DNA from: Dipteris shenzhenensis
Lineage: Eukaryota
Reading direction: 5' to 3' (one strand)
NCBI GenBank assembly: GCA_047967505.1
Contig: CM106538.1
DNA length: 64,000 nt
The first letter of the stretch is position 1. Every line of letters starts with the position of its first letter. Both the position numbers and the translations under genes were made by a program. The notes beneath the pieces were generated by a model. That model was not told where the DNA came from, ran no database searches, and worked only from the letters and a program-made list of their open reading frames with translations. Positions 62,180 to 64,000 of this stretch are shown here, in pieces.

Positions 62180-64000
62180 GTATTGGAAGGTAATTGGAGC
62201 TATTTGTCTTCGAACATTGGCAACCGTGTTGGGAATTGGTATGTGATGTAGAAGAGGTCATGATTAGACTAGTACGCTTGCGTTGTTCCAAGAAGTTGCT
62301 CATCAAAGGTGCATCTGTCCAAATGTGAACAATTTGAGACGCATAAATTGTTGTGGAGGTTTTGTTCACTAATAGCAGATGATTTTCTTCCATGACAATT
62401 TGTATCTGCAGGTGCTTTTGAGAAGTTTGTAGCATATTGATGTTGAAATCTCCCTGCATGAAAGTTGGATAGAGTGATGGCCTTTGGTGCAACACACGTG
62501 CGATTTGTTCTAGGAAACTCTGGATGTTGCATGCTTCGATACGGTATACTGCCACTATAAACATCGCTTGCCTCGGGTTTGGTCAAAAGTGAGCCATGAT
62601 TGTTTCAAGGCCAGCCATTGTAAATGTTTTGTGAAACCAAAGAAAGCCTGCATTTGTACAAAAGTGATGTACCCATTCCTACAAATGCTATAATAGTAGC
62701 AAATGTTTCTTTGTTGGTATAATCCTCAGAATGCAGGTGTAAAGAGCAAGTATTTAAGGTTTGTATAATGGTATGTGTTCGGCTCCAATTTTTGAGACAA
62801 GGGATGTCAAACTGCCAAGCTATAGTTGTAAGGAGTCTTTCCATTTCAGCAGCCACAATTACATCCACATGGAAATGTTTGCTCTCTAAGGGTTTGAGGA
62901 GGTAAAGGTTTTCTTTAGAATGTACTCTAAAGAGTGCAGTATATGTGATGCCGTGTTGTAGGCGGCATGTAGGATCAAAACACAATGTTTCTAGTGTTAA
63001 GCCCTATGCACGGTGGACGGTTCTTGCTGAAGCTGGTTGAACTGGGAATTGCGTTCATGAAATGACATAGTTGCTATTGCTCCCTATTTGTATTTCCTTT
63101 GTGATTGGCAATGTTGCAGTCCAGGATTAGTCAATATGATCTTCGTATAAGTGCCGAGTTTGCTAACATGTGCATGCTCCGACATTGGGGCTAGAGAATT
63201 GCACCCACATAAATACGTTTGAGTTGGACATTGTTACAGCCTTGAAGTGGCCATCGGCCCCATTCACAAGACTATCAGCTGTGTTGTAGTTCCCTGCACA
63301 TAGCTCGACAACGATATTTGGTTTTAGCTTATTTCTTTGTGTAAGCTGGCAGTTTTGCTCGGATCATTCGGTAAGGAAAGAGTGCCGGGCAATTGCCATG
63401 TCTATTATCCACTGCTTGGAAAGTGTAAATGTTACCGGCTATATGGCAAAACACCGTTTCATTATTTGTTTGTGCAAAATAGATGAGGTATCGTCAAGTC
63501 TAGTGGTGGCTTATGGTAACATACTGAATTGATTGTGTCAATGTCTTGTTGACTTTGTTGTTCGTCTGGAATTTCTTCAAGATGTTAGTGAACATTAAAT
63601 CATTTTGGCGCATGATAGTGTTGAGTTGGTAAACTTGATCCGTTCTTTCTAAAAAATTTGCTTTAAATGGTTTCAATGTTGGAATACCCACTTGTCACGA
63701 ATAGGGGGTAATCGGTATAAGTCTCCTATTTTTATGATGTCTAGGCCCCCGAACGGGATGTTGTGAATGTGCTTGATGGTGCATAATCACTTATCCACAA
63801 AGTTAAGTATGCATTTCCCAATGAGCGATACCTCATCCATGATAATAGTTTGAAGGTCCAAGTATTGTTTTGTGAGCCTGTGTAGCTTGTCAGCTACCAA
63901 TTTAGGCAAGTTTTTATAGTTTATTGGTATGTTCAACATAGAATGAAGAGTAGCACCGTTCATATGGCAAGCGGCCCTTCCTGTGTAAGCCATTTTTAGT
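62180..64000 (-). mobile_element. Helitron-type Pif1 helicase followed by APE-like endonuclease (Helentron-like), decayed, truncated by the window
   Basis: Helicase: AYTGRAA...GATLHS; IIMDEVSLI; PFGGLDII..GDLY; IMRQND; LVNGADG; QFPV...A.TVHRA*GLT; YTALFRV. Endonuclease-like: LNTCSL; VAVYR; GDFNIN; TT...SQI.HIW. Confidence 0.85.

Overview
Eukaryotic, almost certainly land-plant, transposon-saturated DNA with no recognisable host gene, rRNA, tRNA or CRISPR array. The element mix suggests a fern or lycophyte, but that is inference only. Left to right: (1) a pyrimidine-rich block bounded by ~330-bp direct repeats ending in (CA)n; (2) an old LTR remnant containing a young 2.65-kb Gag-only LTR element (TSD GAAGT); (3) a decayed Ty1/Copia pol and a hAT transposase fragment; (4) a hairpin-bearing ~110-bp tandem array split by an 11.5-kb Athila-like Ty3/Gypsy element (TSD TAGGC) that carries a retropepsin-like protease DOWNSTREAM of integrase plus extra 3' ORFs; (5) a triple nest: a Tork-like Copia (29572-48521), a Tat-like Gypsy with a second RNase H and a deleted integrase inside its 5' LTR (29620-42922), and a nearly intact Copia inside that Gypsy (32914-38403); (6) a Penelope-like RT next to (CA)n, an RTE/RTEX-like LINE, an L1-like LINE, and a Helitron helicase followed by an APE-like endonuclease (Helentron-like) cut off by the window end. 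All family assignments come from reading motifs by eye; no database search was run.
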